Source of the DNA: Promethearchaeota archaeon
GTDB taxonomy: Archaea > Asgardarchaeota > Lokiarchaeia > Sigyniarchaeales > SOKP01
Direction of reading: 5' to 3'
Assembly (NCBI GenBank): GCA_048939995.1
Contig: JBHLOY010000005.1
Span: 91,753 to 155,752 of the forward strand
Length of the DNA: 64,000 bases
Under the pieces are notes generated by a model. That model was given only the letters and a program-made list of their open reading frames with translations, was not told where the DNA came from and did not search any database. Each line of letters opens with the position of its first letter. Position 1 is the stretch's first letter. Shown in pieces: positions 1 through 10,461 of this stretch. A program made the translations under genes and the position numbers.

Positions 1-85
1 TTTAACTTCAGTTAAGTTATTATCCCTAAAAAGTATTTTTGAAAAATATCCTGTAATTGAGCCAAGCTTTTTTGATGATCTCACG

Positions 86-622
86 TTGAATATATCAAAA
101 CATCAGCATTATTCTTGGTATAAAAGTATTAGAAGAATATTTGGCCCAGATAAAGAAGATTATGAGATAAAATCTTGGAATTTTATTTGGGCAATGGATA
201 GAGAAAGAAGAATATTTCAATTTTTATTTCAAAGAATCGAATCTGGTAAAGATTCAAAGCGAATACTCGTAGCTTTAGCTCCTCCTGAATTAGGAAAACT
301 ATTTGTGCATTATAAAGGCGATGCAATTTTACGCACTCTCTCATTACTCAACAAGCCTCAAGAGGTCAAATTTTTAATAGTTCTTACCCCTAAAGGAAAG
401 TCTATAGCCGAAGAACAACAACTAGTTAGATTTAATAAACAAGATCTAAATGAATCTCAATTAGTTAAAATACTAAAGAAATTGCCTAATGTTGAAGGTC
501 AGTGGTTTCCCAATTTTACTCCAAGATGTCCCATCTGTAATGAACTAATGATGGGTTTAAATGGCTATAAAGTGGGATTTGGTAAATTAATCTGTCCTCG
601 TTGTGGCTATAAAAGAGAATAA
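86..622 (+). CDS. Hypothetical protein with C-terminal zinc ribbon
   Basis: 178-aa ORF ending CPIC-x16-CPRC; TTG start uncertain. Confidence 0.6.
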   Translation: MNISKHQHYSWYKSIRRIFGPDKEDYEIKSWNFIWAMDRERRIFQFLFQRIESGKDSKRILVALAPPELGKLFVHYKGDAILRTLSLLNKPQEVKFLIVLTPKGKSIAEEQQLVRFNKQDLNESQLVKILKKLPNVEGQWFPNFTPRCPICNELMMGLNGYKVGFGKLICPRCGYKRE

Positions 623-776
623 AATCTTGAATAATTTCATTTATATTTAAACTTTTACTTATTCTTGAATGAAATTTAATCATAAACTTATTATAAGAAA
701 ACACTAATTATGATACTTATAATAGATTTATTATTAACTTTTTATAACCAAATAAATTTAAAGGAAAAAATTGTAA

Positions 777-2315
777 ATGTTTATCGCAGCTTTAGATCTA
801 GGAACAACAGGTTGTAGGACATTTATTTTTGATATAGCTGGTACAATTTTAGCTAGCGATTACCAAGAATGGGAAAGTTTTTATCCATCACCATCATTTG
901 TTGAGCAAGATGCTAATACTTGGTGGGAATCTTTAAAAAAAACAATTGAAGGAGCTATTAAGAAAAGTGGTATTGATAGTTCTGAGATTGTGAGTCTTTC
1001 TGTAACAAATCAGAGAGAAACAATAGTACCTGTAGACAGAGATGGTATACCACTTCATAATGCTTTAGTATGGCAAGACCGGAGAACTATTGATCAAGTT
1101 GAATTTATTAAAAAGCGAGTTGGAATTGAAAAAATCTATAGAACTACAGGTTTAACTGTTGATCCTTATTTTTCTGCAACAAAAATATTGTGGTTTAAAG
1201 ATGTGAAACCTGAAATTTATCAAAAGACTTTTAAATTCTTATTAGTTTCGGACTTTATAATCTATAAATTAACAGGGAAATATATCACAGATTATTCAAA
1301 TGCTTCACGAACAATGCTCTTTGACATCAACAAGTTAAGATATTCAGAGGATATTGCTTCTGAATTGGAAATTGACTTGGATAAAATGCCAGAGGCAGTT
1401 GAAAGTGGAGTTGAAGTTGGTGAAATAGTCTCTGAAGAGACATTATTTGATAAAAAAACTTTAGTTATAACTGGGGCTGGAGATCAGCAATCGGCAGCAT
1501 TAGGAGTTGGAGTTGTATCACCGGGTCGAATAAAATTAACAACTGGCACTGGAAGTTTTTTGTTAGCATTCCTAGAAAAACCAAATTTTGATTCTCAAAA
1601 GAGAGTTTTATGTAGTTGTCATGCTATTCCAAATACTTGGGTTCAAGAAGCTAGTATTTTCACTACAGGTGCATTTCTTAGATGGTTTAGAGATCAAATC
1701 GCTCAAAAAGAGTGTATGATCGCCGAAGAACAAAACCAAGATCCTTATAACATAATAACTGATAGAGCGGAACAATCTCCTATTGGATCAAATGGGTTAA
1801 TAACAATTCCTCATCTAGTTGGTGCAGGAGCACCTCATTGGAATCCTTTAGCTAGAGGCTTAATTTTTGGACTTGCTTTAGGACATAGAAGAAGAGATAT
1901 TGCAAGATCTATTCTAGAAGGGGTGGCATTTGAGGTAAAAAGGAACATTGAGGTATTTAAAGAATTAGGAATAGAAATTAAGGAGCTAAGACTAACTGGA
2001 GGAGGATCTCGCTCTGATCTTTGGAATCAAATATATGCTGATGTGTTGGGAGTCAATTGTCTGAGAAATATAGTAGAAGAAGCAACTTCATTAGGAGCAG
2101 CCATATTAGCTGCTTCTGGATCAGGTATCTTTCCCGATATTGCAAAAGCAGCTGAAAGCATTTGTAAAGTAGATAAAAGATACATCCCTGATGCCCAACA
2201 TTACGAAAAATATGAAGAGATTTACAATTTTTCGGTAGATCTTTACAATCTATTAAATAATGAAAATATGTATCAAAAATTAAATAAAATCTTCCAAAAT
2301 AAAGGTAATTTATAA
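777..2315 (+). CDS. FGGY-family carbohydrate kinase (xylulokinase-like)
   Basis: DLGTTG, TNQRET, WQDRR, GAGDQQ, TTGTG, LTGGGSRS motifs. Confidence 0.9.
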   Translation: MFIAALDLGTTGCRTFIFDIAGTILASDYQEWESFYPSPSFVEQDANTWWESLKKTIEGAIKKSGIDSSEIVSLSVTNQRETIVPVDRDGIPLHNALVWQDRRTIDQVEFIKKRVGIEKIYRTTGLTVDPYFSATKILWFKDVKPEIYQKTFKFLLVSDFIIYKLTGKYITDYSNASRTMLFDINKLRYSEDIASELEIDLDKMPEAVESGVEVGEIVSEETLFDKKTLVITGAGDQQSAALGVGVVSPGRIKLTTGTGSFLLAFLEKPNFDSQKRVLCSCHAIPNTWVQEASIFTTGAFLRWFRDQIAQKECMIAEEQNQDPYNIITDRAEQSPIGSNGLITIPHLVGAGAPHWNPLARGLIFGLALGHRRRDIARSILEGVAFEVKRNIEVFKELGIEIKELRLTGGGSRSDLWNQIYADVLGVNCLRNIVEEATSLGAAILAASGSGIFPDIAKAAESICKVDKRYIPDAQHYEKYEEIYNFSVDLYNLLNNENMYQKLNKIFQNKGNL

Positions 2316-2394
2316 TCTCTTTCTTTTCCAAAAATTATCATAATAATCAATTTTATATATTTTAATTCTTATTCTTTTTTTAATTAATAAAAAT

Positions 2395-2985
2395 GTGAGA
2401 ATGATGGAAGCTACAGATTATACTGAAGGGCAAATGAAAGTTGCGAGAATATTTTACATAATCATTGTAATTGCATGTTTAATAATAATAGGTGGAACAG
2501 TTTGGTCGATTGCAGACTTTATCTCTCCCACGGGAAAGTTAGACGCATTTCTTGAATTAAATTGGGGTTATAAAATCGCAATTATTGCAGGATTTTTAGC
2601 AGGACTCTTTTTCTTGTTAGTTTTCTTCTATGGCTTATTTAAAAAAGGAAGCAAATGGATTCTAAGAGTATTTTTTAAAGTCAGAGAACTTGAAGAGAGA
2701 TTTAAGAATCGTATAACTGTAAAAATCGCTGCTGGTGGATTGCTTACTAGCATAATACTAGTATTAATTGGAGTTGTTTGGGCTTTAGTTCAAGAAATTC
2801 TAATCCCTGAGAGTGGCTCACCATTTTCTGGACTTTTTAGTCTTTTTTCATCTGGAAACTGGGCTTTATTCATTGGAATTTCTGTATTGGTGGCAGCCTT
2901 AATTATACTTTTTATGATATATTTCTGGAAAAACGGTTATCGATTAATTCTAAAAATAATGGGTACTTTAGAGAAAGAAAGATAA
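2395..2985 (+). CDS. 4-TM membrane protein with internal tandem duplication
   Basis: Four hydrophobic segments; halves resemble each other (GTVWSIADFI/GVVWALVQEI; LFKKGSKWILRVF/FWKNGYRLILKIM). Confidence 0.7.
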   Translation: MRMMEATDYTEGQMKVARIFYIIIVIACLIIIGGTVWSIADFISPTGKLDAFLELNWGYKIAIIAGFLAGLFFLLVFFYGLFKKGSKWILRVFFKVRELEERFKNRITVKIAAGGLLTSIILVLIGVVWALVQEILIPESGSPFSGLFSLFSSGNWALFIGISVLVAALIILFMIYFWKNGYRLILKIMGTLEKER

Positions 2986-3084
2986 AGCTACAAATTCTTA
3001 TTTTTTAATATTTTACTTTAATTTAAATCAGAAAATTAACGCTCCTATGCTATTTTAATTAATTTTGCTTCTTAATCATAATCA

Positions 3085-4596
3085 ATGCCAGTTAGAGTGG
3101 GTGTGGTTTTTAATTTTCTTCAATTGCCAGATGTTTTAAAATATCCTTTTGTTATTAATAAGAGAAAAGATGATGTTCTAGTAAAGAAGGGGATATTTGT
3201 ATATACAGAGTCAATTGAAGGATTTTTAATTGGTATAGTAGAGCGAATAGTATTATTAAATGAGTATTTCTCAGATGCTCTTACTATTAAGGCTTATAAT
3301 AGTGAAAATAATCCCAATATATTGAAAGGGTTATTTCCAAGTGAAGATTTTGAATATGCAATAGCTATTGTAAGAAATTTAGGTCTTGTTGAATTTAAGG
3401 ATGATAAGAAAAATAAAATAAGTAAAATAAAACGTATGATGTATCCAGCAAGCCCAGGTAAGGAAGTTAACTTATTAGAGGAGGATACGCTGAAAAATTT
3501 TGTAGGCATAGATACAGAACATGGCCTAAGACTCGGTATATTAAAGGGTACTAAAATTGAAGCAAGAATTAATATGGATCGCCTGTTTAACAAGCATTTT
3601 GCGATTCTTTCTATATCTGGGGGAGGTAAAAGTTATCTTACATCAATCATAATTGAAGAATTATTAACCAGAGAAAAAAAATTAGGAACTCCATCTATTA
3701 TCTTAATTGATGTACATGGGGAATATACTTATTTAAAAAACATACCCCAGCTTAAAGAAAAAATCAAATTATTCGATTGTTCATTTTTTCAAATTTCAGT
3801 TCCAAACTTAAATGCCTCTATTTTTAGAAAGTATCAAGAAAAGATCTCAAATGTTCAAGTAAGAGAGCTTTCCAACTACATCAGAAAACTTAAGAAAGAA
3901 AAGAAAAATTATTCCTTAAGTGATATCATTGAATTGATAGAGAAAGAGGAAGAAGTCAATAAGAGTACAAAACAAGCACTGATAGGGTGGTTAAGCGAAT
4001 TAGAACGATTAACACTATTTGGACCTCAAGAAAACCCTAATATTAATTCAATAGCAACTCCGGGAGAATTAACTATATTTAATCTTCAAAAAGAAATTTC
4101 AATTAGAAAAAAGCAAATAATAGTTGATTATATATGTAATCGTCTGTTCTATTTAAGAAGGATGGAGCAAATTCCGCCTTTTCTAATAATAATTGAAGAG
4201 GCACATCAATTTTGCCCTGAAGCTGCATATTCGAAAGCCTTGACAAAATACATAATCGAAACAATTGCTAGAGAAGGAAGAAAATTCATGGCATGTTTGT
4301 GTTTAATTAGCCAAAGACCAAAAAGATTAAGCACAACTGCACTTTCCCAATCCAACTCAAAAATGATTTTAAACATCACTAATCCTTACGATTTAAAACA
4401 TTTAATGGATAGTTCAGAAGTCATTACTAAAGAATATGCAAACATGATTTCAAGCTTAGGGGTAGGAGAGATGCTTTTAATGGGAAATGCGGTTAATTAT
4501 CCTATATTTATTGATGTTAGAAAGAGAAGATTCATGTCAAATACAGAAGAGAGCTCATTATCACAAACATGTCTGAATTGGAAGATTTTAGATTAG
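3085..4596 (+). CDS. HerA/FtsK-superfamily (DUF87) ATPase
   Basis: KHFAILSISGGGKS Walker A, IDVHGEY, IIIEEAH Walker B, AREGRKF, SQRP. Confidence 0.85.
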   Translation: MPVRVGVVFNFLQLPDVLKYPFVINKRKDDVLVKKGIFVYTESIEGFLIGIVERIVLLNEYFSDALTIKAYNSENNPNILKGLFPSEDFEYAIAIVRNLGLVEFKDDKKNKISKIKRMMYPASPGKEVNLLEEDTLKNFVGIDTEHGLRLGILKGTKIEARINMDRLFNKHFAILSISGGGKSYLTSIIIEELLTREKKLGTPSIILIDVHGEYTYLKNIPQLKEKIKLFDCSFFQISVPNLNASIFRKYQEKISNVQVRELSNYIRKLKKEKKNYSLSDIIELIEKEEEVNKSTKQALIGWLSELERLTLFGPQENPNINSIATPGELTIFNLQKEISIRKKQIIVDYICNRLFYLRRMEQIPPFLIIIEEAHQFCPEAAYSKALTKYIIETIAREGRKFMACLCLISQRPKRLSTTALSQSNSKMILNITNPYDLKHLMDSSEVITKEYANMISSLGVGEMLLMGNAVNYPIFIDVRKRRFMSNTEESSLSQTCLNWKILD

Positions 4597-4865
4597 GTTA
4601 AATCTTCCATAAATTCATCTTTCACTTCTTGATTATATTTGTTAAAGACGACCATCTTTTTGCTCTTTGACACCCGAAAAACATTTATAATTCCCATACT
4701 CTCTAACCTCATCAATAATTCTTCTAATAATAACGGATTCATAAATGGAAATTCTTTCTTTAATAACTCTTCCATCCTCTTATCTAAAATTTCTCCTTTA
4801 TTTTTTTTTAAAATGTCTAAAATTGAATTTACTATTGGCTTTTGGTTCCAACGATGTGTTTCGAT
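4593..4865 (-). CDS. Small winged-helix-like protein downstream of cdc48; probable ATC start (track start 4775 looks truncated)
   Basis: Frame open from TGA at 4872-4874; AGGTGA 6 nt before ATC at 4865; LMRLESMGIINVFRV..MVVF helix-wing pattern. Confidence 0.55.
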   Translation of the reverse strand: METHRWNQKPIVNSILDILKKNKGEILDKRMEELLKKEFPFMNPLLLEELLMRLESMGIINVFRVSKSKKMVVFNKYNQEVKDEFMEDLT

Positions 4866-4925
4866 ATCATATCACCTTATTTTTGAATTTAAAATTTAAT
4901 AGAAATATATTTATAATAATAAAAG

Positions 4926-7151
4926 TTAAACAAACAATCGATCTTCTTTTGATTGTTCAATAATTCTACTTTTTAATCGCTCACCAAATTTTTCATACCA
5001 TGAAATAATATCTGCTGATATACTCGGAAAAAGAAATTCTTTTGCTTTTTCAAAATGCTGAAGTGATACTTTTTTAGCTTTAATGTTTTCTCTTAATGCA
5101 ATCATAGCGGCTTCACGACAAAGAGTTTCAATATCAGCTCCAGAAAAACCTTTAAGGTTTTTATTTAGATCATTCAAATTAAAATCGGCTATTGGCATAT
5201 TTTTAACAAATATCTTTAAAATTTCTAATCTTTCATTTTCATCTGGAGCAGGTACCATAAGAATACGATCAATTCTTCCAGGTCTTATTAAAGCGGGATC
5301 TAAAATATCAGGTCGATTAGTAGCAGCGATCACGACAATATCTTTATTAATTTCTAGTCCATCTAATTCTGTCAAAAATTGAGATAGAACTTTTTCAGAT
5401 ACTCCTGAATCTGAAGTATATCTGCCTCTTGAAGGTGCAATAGAATCAAATTCATCGAAAAATATGATACAAGGAGCTGACATTCTGGCCTTTCTAAAAA
5501 CTTCCCGAATTGCTTTTTCACTTTCTCCTACATACTTAGACAATAATTCTGGTCCTTTTATCGATATAAAATTTGCTTTACTCTCAGTAGCAACGGCTCT
5601 CGCTAATAAAGTCTTGCCACATCCAGGAGGACCATATAATAGTATACCTTTTGGAGGAGTAATTCCCATTCTTGAAAATATTTTGGGATGAGATAAGGGC
5701 CAATCTACTGCTTCTATTAGTTTCTGTTTTAGCTCGGTAAGTCCACCAATTTGTTCCCAAGAAACATTAGGGATTTCCACAAAAACTTCTCTTATCCCAG
5801 AGGGAGTTACTTCTTTTAGAGCTTCATCAAAATCTTCTTTATTAACTATTATTTTTTCCAAAAGTTCAGGATCTAAAGAATCTGATTCTAAATCTATCTC
5901 TGGTAAATATCTCCTTAAAGCTGACATAGCAGCTTCACGACAAACAGCCGAAATATCTGCACCGACAAACCCATGTGTAATATTAGCATAATCTTTAAGA
6001 GAAACTTTTTTATCTAATGGCATATTTCGAGTATGAATCTGAAAGACTTCTCGCCGTCCTTTCTCATTTGGTACTTTTATTTCAATCTCACGATCAAATC
6101 TTCCAGGTCGCCTTAAAGCTGAATCTAAACTATTCGGTCTATTAGTAGCTCCAATCACAATGACTCTCCCTCTGCTATGTAATCCGTCCATTAAGGCTAG
6201 TAGTTGAGCAACGACTCTTCTTTCTACTTCCCCTGTCACAGTTTCTCTCTTTGGTGCAATGGCATCAATCTCATCAATAAAGATTATAGATGGATTCTTT
6301 TCTTCGGCTTCTTCAAAAAGTTTTCTTAACTTTTTTTCAGATTCCCCATAAAATTTACTCATTATCTCTGGTCCATTTATAGATATGAAATGAGCTTCAC
6401 TTTCATTAGCAACAGCTCTTGCTAGCAAAGTTTTTCCACAACCGGGGGGTCCTCTTAACAATACACCTTTAGGGGGATCTATACCTAATCTTTTAAACAA
6501 CATAGGATGTCTTAATGGCAATTCAACCATTTCCCTAACTCTTTGTATTTCTTTATCTAACCCCCCAACATCTTCATAAGTAACATATTCTCCTCCCCGT
6601 TCCTCCTCTTCAGTAATATGCTCACTAATATGAAGCTGTGTCTCTGGCTTTATTACACAAAATCCATTAGGTTTTATGCTTATAACCTTGAAGGCAATTT
6701 CTCTACTAATTCCTATCGAAATATAGATATAATCATCCAATGAAACTGGATAATTGTTTAACTTTCTTTTAACAAATGTTTCAAACCGGGGATTTTTATT
6801 CCCTGTCATTTTGACATTTGCTGGAGCTAAAACAATGCTTTGAGCTGGTAATACTTCCACTTTTCGAATCTCTATAGTGTCGTCTATCGCGGTTCCCGTA
6901 TTTTTTCTTAACCTAGAGTCTATTCTGATGATCCCTAATCCATCATCTTGAGGATAACTTGGCCATGCAATACCGACACTCTCTTTCTTTCCTATCAAAG
7001 CAACATGATCACCCGTTTGAATATTTAATTCTTCCCTTGTTTTTGAGTCTATCCTTATAATATTACGACCAATATCTCTCTTTTTAGCCTTTTGAACTCT
7101 TAGGGTAAGACTTTTCTGTTCATCTATTTCTTTTCGATTATTCGAATTCAT
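4926..7151 (-). CDS. cdc48: Cdc48/VCP/p97 AAA+ ATPase
   Basis: N-domain plus two AAA modules (GPPGCGKT twice; IFIDEID and IFFDEFD; RPGRFDR and RPGRIDR). Confidence 0.97.
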   Translation of the reverse strand: MNSNNRKEIDEQKSLTLRVQKAKKRDIGRNIIRIDSKTREELNIQTGDHVALIGKKESVGIAWPSYPQDDGLGIIRIDSRLRKNTGTAIDDTIEIRKVEVLPAQSIVLAPANVKMTGNKNPRFETFVKRKLNNYPVSLDDYIYISIGISREIAFKVISIKPNGFCVIKPETQLHISEHITEEEERGGEYVTYEDVGGLDKEIQRVREMVELPLRHPMLFKRLGIDPPKGVLLRGPPGCGKTLLARAVANESEAHFISINGPEIMSKFYGESEKKLRKLFEEAEEKNPSIIFIDEIDAIAPKRETVTGEVERRVVAQLLALMDGLHSRGRVIVIGATNRPNSLDSALRRPGRFDREIEIKVPNEKGRREVFQIHTRNMPLDKKVSLKDYANITHGFVGADISAVCREAAMSALRRYLPEIDLESDSLDPELLEKIIVNKEDFDEALKEVTPSGIREVFVEIPNVSWEQIGGLTELKQKLIEAVDWPLSHPKIFSRMGITPPKGILLYGPPGCGKTLLARAVATESKANFISIKGPELLSKYVGESEKAIREVFRKARMSAPCIIFFDEFDSIAPSRGRYTSDSGVSEKVLSQFLTELDGLEINKDIVVIAATNRPDILDPALIRPGRIDRILMVPAPDENERLEILKIFVKNMPIADFNLNDLNKNLKGFSGADIETLCREAAMIALRENIKAKKVSLQHFEKAKEFLFPSISADIISWYEKFGERLKSRIIEQSKEDRLFV

Positions 7152-7234
7152 ATTTATTCGATTTTATCAATTCATTAATTATGTAAAATAATTCTTTTGT
7201 AAAAATTTTTTTGTTTATCTTCACATCTTTTTAT

Positions 7235-8290
7235 TTATGATTTTTTAAAGAAACTATCCAAGGTTAATTGTTTTCTAGAAAGCTCTTGTTTCTTTAATCG
7301 TTCTAAAGCATTATTTACTCGTTGAGCTGAGAAATTATGTTGCTCTATTAAAAGTTCCTGAATTCCTTCATAATTTATTTTTTTCCAAACAATTTTGGGA
7401 TACTCCTTCTTCACATCGGGATTAAGAAATATCTCTTTTATCTGTTCGATCACTTCTAAATCTATGTCGATTTCCTTTCCTCTAACTTCTATATTGCTTT
7501 TTAAAATATTCTCTAAAGAGCCATATTCTTTGATCAGATTTAGAGCTGTATGCTGACCTATTCCTTTTATTCCTGGAAAGAAGTCAGTTCCAATTAGAAT
7601 TCCCATTTCTACTAATTGTTCTCTAGTAATTTTTAAACTTTCCATGAATTTATCTAATGAAATATATTCAATATCTAAAGTTTTGGTAGTATCTCTTACT
7701 TTTACTGTTCTGCTTACAGCGAAATTTCTTATTAATCTTTCTCCACCAAATAACAAAGTATCATAATCTTGCGAGGCACATGCCCAAGCATCTCCCTTTT
7801 CTACAAGATAAGCAGATTGAGCTTCACCTTCAGAACTAGCATCCACAATAGGAATTCCAAAATAATGAATTAATTTCTTACTTTCTTCAATCATACTTTC
7901 ATCTAATTTTGAAGTAAGTTGCGCATACTTTTTTGCTTCTCTTAAATCCTCCTTCTCTTTGGCTTTTATCATTTTCTCCTTATATTCTTCTTTGATCTTT
8001 CTTCTCTCTTCGATCGTACCCATCTTTAATTGAGATGGAGTTCCATCAAAAACGAAGATGGGTTTTATACTATGTTCTAAAAAATTAATTGTTCTATAAA
8101 ACAGTCCAGAAAGATGCGAGGTCACATTACCTTCATCATCCATCAATAAAGTGCCATCATTTTGGCGAATAATAGCTAAAAATTGGTAAATTGTATTAAA
8201 TGCATCAATTGCTATAGCACGATTAAACAGATTTTCAAAAGTTATTGTTCTTTTTACATCTGTGAGGAGCTCATTAATTTTTATTCCCAT
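7235..8290 (-). CDS. fen: Flap endonuclease 1
   Basis: MGI start, IDAFN, TSHLSGLFYR, EGEAQ, SQDYD, GTDF, C-terminal PIP box QLTLDSFF. Confidence 0.97.
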   Translation of the reverse strand: MGIKINELLTDVKRTITFENLFNRAIAIDAFNTIYQFLAIIRQNDGTLLMDDEGNVTSHLSGLFYRTINFLEHSIKPIFVFDGTPSQLKMGTIEERRKIKEEYKEKMIKAKEKEDLREAKKYAQLTSKLDESMIEESKKLIHYFGIPIVDASSEGEAQSAYLVEKGDAWACASQDYDTLLFGGERLIRNFAVSRTVKVRDTTKTLDIEYISLDKFMESLKITREQLVEMGILIGTDFFPGIKGIGQHTALNLIKEYGSLENILKSNIEVRGKEIDIDLEVIEQIKEIFLNPDVKKEYPKIVWKKINYEGIQELLIEQHNFSAQRVNNALERLKKQELSRKQLTLDSFFKKS

Positions 8291-8348
8291 TTTTCATCTC
8301 TTTTGCATTTCTCAAATAATAAATATTATTTTTTATATATAATTCACA

Positions 8349-8903
8349 CTAAATATTAAGGCGATTTCTGGGTCTCCGCTTTAACTTTGTGCCACATACT
8401 TCACACGGTTGAAACAAATTTTCAGCTTGATAAATCTTAAGACAATGAGGACAGAAAACTTCAAAAATTATTTGTTTTTGAATCCCTCTTTTATACAAAG
8501 GAGAGAACTTTAAATTAAGATTAGAACATAAGTTTTCCATTGAATAATCATTAGTAAATAAAATAACATTATCATCTTGAGATATTGAAAGTTCAAGAGT
8601 TAATGCAATCAACGATTTATCTGCATCTGATAAAATATTTAAATCTCCAGTAATCTTTGCTTTTTCCTCCACAACCTTAATGAACTTAGTCTTAGGATCT
8701 CTTATATTTAGTTTTTTATTTTCTATAGCAGATTGAATTTTATTTAAAATGTTTCTATTTTTATCTAAATATTTTTTTACTCTAATTTCATCCAAGATTT
8801 TAGAAGTAGTGTAAACCTTTTCTTGAAAAATATTGAAATCAATTCCAGTAAAAAAGATATTAGAGTCAAAAACTAGAATTGAATTCTTCTTCTGGACTGT
8901 CAT
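8349..8903 (-). CDS. nob1: Nob1-type PIN-domain rRNA endonuclease
   Basis: VFDSN, TGDLNILSDAD, TNDYSMEN, C-terminal CPHC..CEVC zinc ribbon. Confidence 0.85.
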   Translation of the reverse strand: MTVQKKNSILVFDSNIFFTGIDFNIFQEKVYTTSKILDEIRVKKYLDKNRNILNKIQSAIENKKLNIRDPKTKFIKVVEEKAKITGDLNILSDADKSLIALTLELSISQDDNVILFTNDYSMENLCSNLNLKFSPLYKRGIQKQIIFEVFCPHCLKIYQAENLFQPCEVCGTKLKRRPRNRLNI

Positions 8904-9792
8904 CTATGGGGACCTTTAGAGAACCGATAATTTTTTTTCTCAATCTTTTAAAATAATTTTCACTTAAATTTTTTGAAAGTCGCACAAATTTTATGTGAGC
9001 ACCTGCTTTTCGAATTCTAATAACTGTATGAGGTTGAATTTTTTTGAAGGTACGTTGCCCATCAATCACAATTTTTGCATTTAAACGGGGCCTTAATAAT
9101 TGAATCTCAATCTCACTATCAATTGGTAATACAATTGGTTTTAAACCGGATCTAGCAAAGCTATTTAAAGGTGTTATTTGCATTATTTCTAAAGGAGATT
9201 TAACAATAGCTCCTCCTGCGCTTAAATTATAAGCAGTGGATCCTACTGATGTAGAAATAATAAGTCCATCTAGATAGCTTCTATTTAAAAATACTCCATC
9301 AATCTTAACAGAAACTAATAATACCTTTGAACTTTTAGCCGATACTACTAAAATTTCATTTAAAGCATTATTAAGCCTGATTTCTTCAGTATTTTTAACA
9401 ATGAATGGAACAATTTTTGAACAAACTTCTGTTACATACTCTCCATTCAAAACTTTATTAAGATCATTGAAAATTGTTAATTCATTTGACTCATCTAAAA
9501 AACCAATTGATCCTATATTAACACCTAGGATTGGTGGTGCATTACGTTGAGGTAAACTACTTGCAATTCTTAGAATTGTCCCATCTCCACCAGTAGATAT
9601 GATTAATTTAGTATTTTCTTCATTCATTTCGCTCAAATCTTTACCGCTATGTGGAAATATCTTGGGGGCAATTCTAGTTTCTAATTGAACAACTTCTCCT
9701 TTTTTAACGAGATATTCAAATATTCTCTTAGTCAATTTAATAGCTCTTTCAGAATCCATCCTACAAGCTAAAGAGATCGCCTTCTTCTCCAT
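8866..9792 (-). CDS. nadK: NAD(+) kinase
   Basis: GGDGT, GSIGFL, ALNE, DGLIISTSVGSTAYNLSAGG. Confidence 0.93.
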   Translation of the reverse strand: MEKKAISLACRMDSERAIKLTKRIFEYLVKKGEVVQLETRIAPKIFPHSGKDLSEMNEENTKLIISTGGDGTILRIASSLPQRNAPPILGVNIGSIGFLDESNELTIFNDLNKVLNGEYVTEVCSKIVPFIVKNTEEIRLNNALNEILVVSAKSSKVLLVSVKIDGVFLNRSYLDGLIISTSVGSTAYNLSAGGAIVKSPLEIMQITPLNSFARSGLKPIVLPIDSEIEIQLLRPRLNAKIVIDGQRTFKKIQPHTVIRIRKAGAHIKFVRLSKNLSENYFKRLRKKIIGSLKVPIDDSPEEEFNSSF

Positions 9793-9903
9793 TAAATCAG
9801 CTTTTAATAATAATTTTATTTGAATTTGTATTACTCAAAAAAAAATAATAAATTAAATGAAAATAAAATTTTGGATTTTCCAAATCCACTTAAACTAAGA
9901 CTT

Positions 9904-10332
9904 TTAATTAATGATAACTCTATTAATCAAAGTTTTTCCAGCGATCTGCCAATACTCAACTTGAGCTGAAGACAATTTAGCTGGATTTGACCTCAAATCT
10001 TTCAATTTTGAAACAGAATCCTCATCAGTAGGCCATTGGACATCAAGAGAGTTATATGATTCAAGATCCATAATGTTTATCAGACTTTCTTCGATAAAGT
10101 TAATTTGAGCATTACCTTTAATTATTTCTGGAACTTCTACCATTGAACCTGAAGGATAAGTTAGAGATCTTTTATTATTGTCAAACATACCTACACAGAC
10201 TACTCTTACTTTAGCATGACCATGTTTTCCACTTTTCGAGCGCTCAGTTGACTTGATTATGCATGGCTCCCCTTCGACCATTATATATTGACCGGTTTTT
10301 AACTTCTGAATTTCAGTTCTTCTAATAGACAA
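9904..10332 (-). CDS. eif5a: Translation factor aIF5A/eIF5A
   Basis: Hypusine loop SKSGKHGHAK; TTG start after GGTGA. Confidence 0.95.
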   Translation of the reverse strand: MSIRRTEIQKLKTGQYIMVEGEPCIIKSTERSKSGKHGHAKVRVVCVGMFDNNKRSLTYPSGSMVEVPEIIKGNAQINFIEESLINIMDLESYNSLDVQWPTDEDSVSKLKDLRSNPAKLSSAQVEYWQIAGKTLINRVIIN

Positions 10333-10461
10333 TCAAAATTTCACCAATTTAAATTATTTTAATCCTCACTTTTCTTTTAATTTATATTTATTGTAAAGAA
10401 AATATTAATTTTTGGATAAATTATTAATTAATAGAATATAAAAATTGCAGATGATAATGCA

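Noticed and set aside
4593-4865. ESCRT-II (Vps25/Vps22-like) identity for the small winged-helix protein
   Set aside because: Single short domain, no ESCRT neighbours and no diagnostic motif
4832-4870. ATG-initiated 12-codon minigene or frameshift at the start of the winged-helix gene
   Set aside because: The ATG is only 1 nt from the SD motif and out of frame; the in-frame ATC at 6 nt is the simpler reading, though a 1-nt indel cannot be excluded without reads
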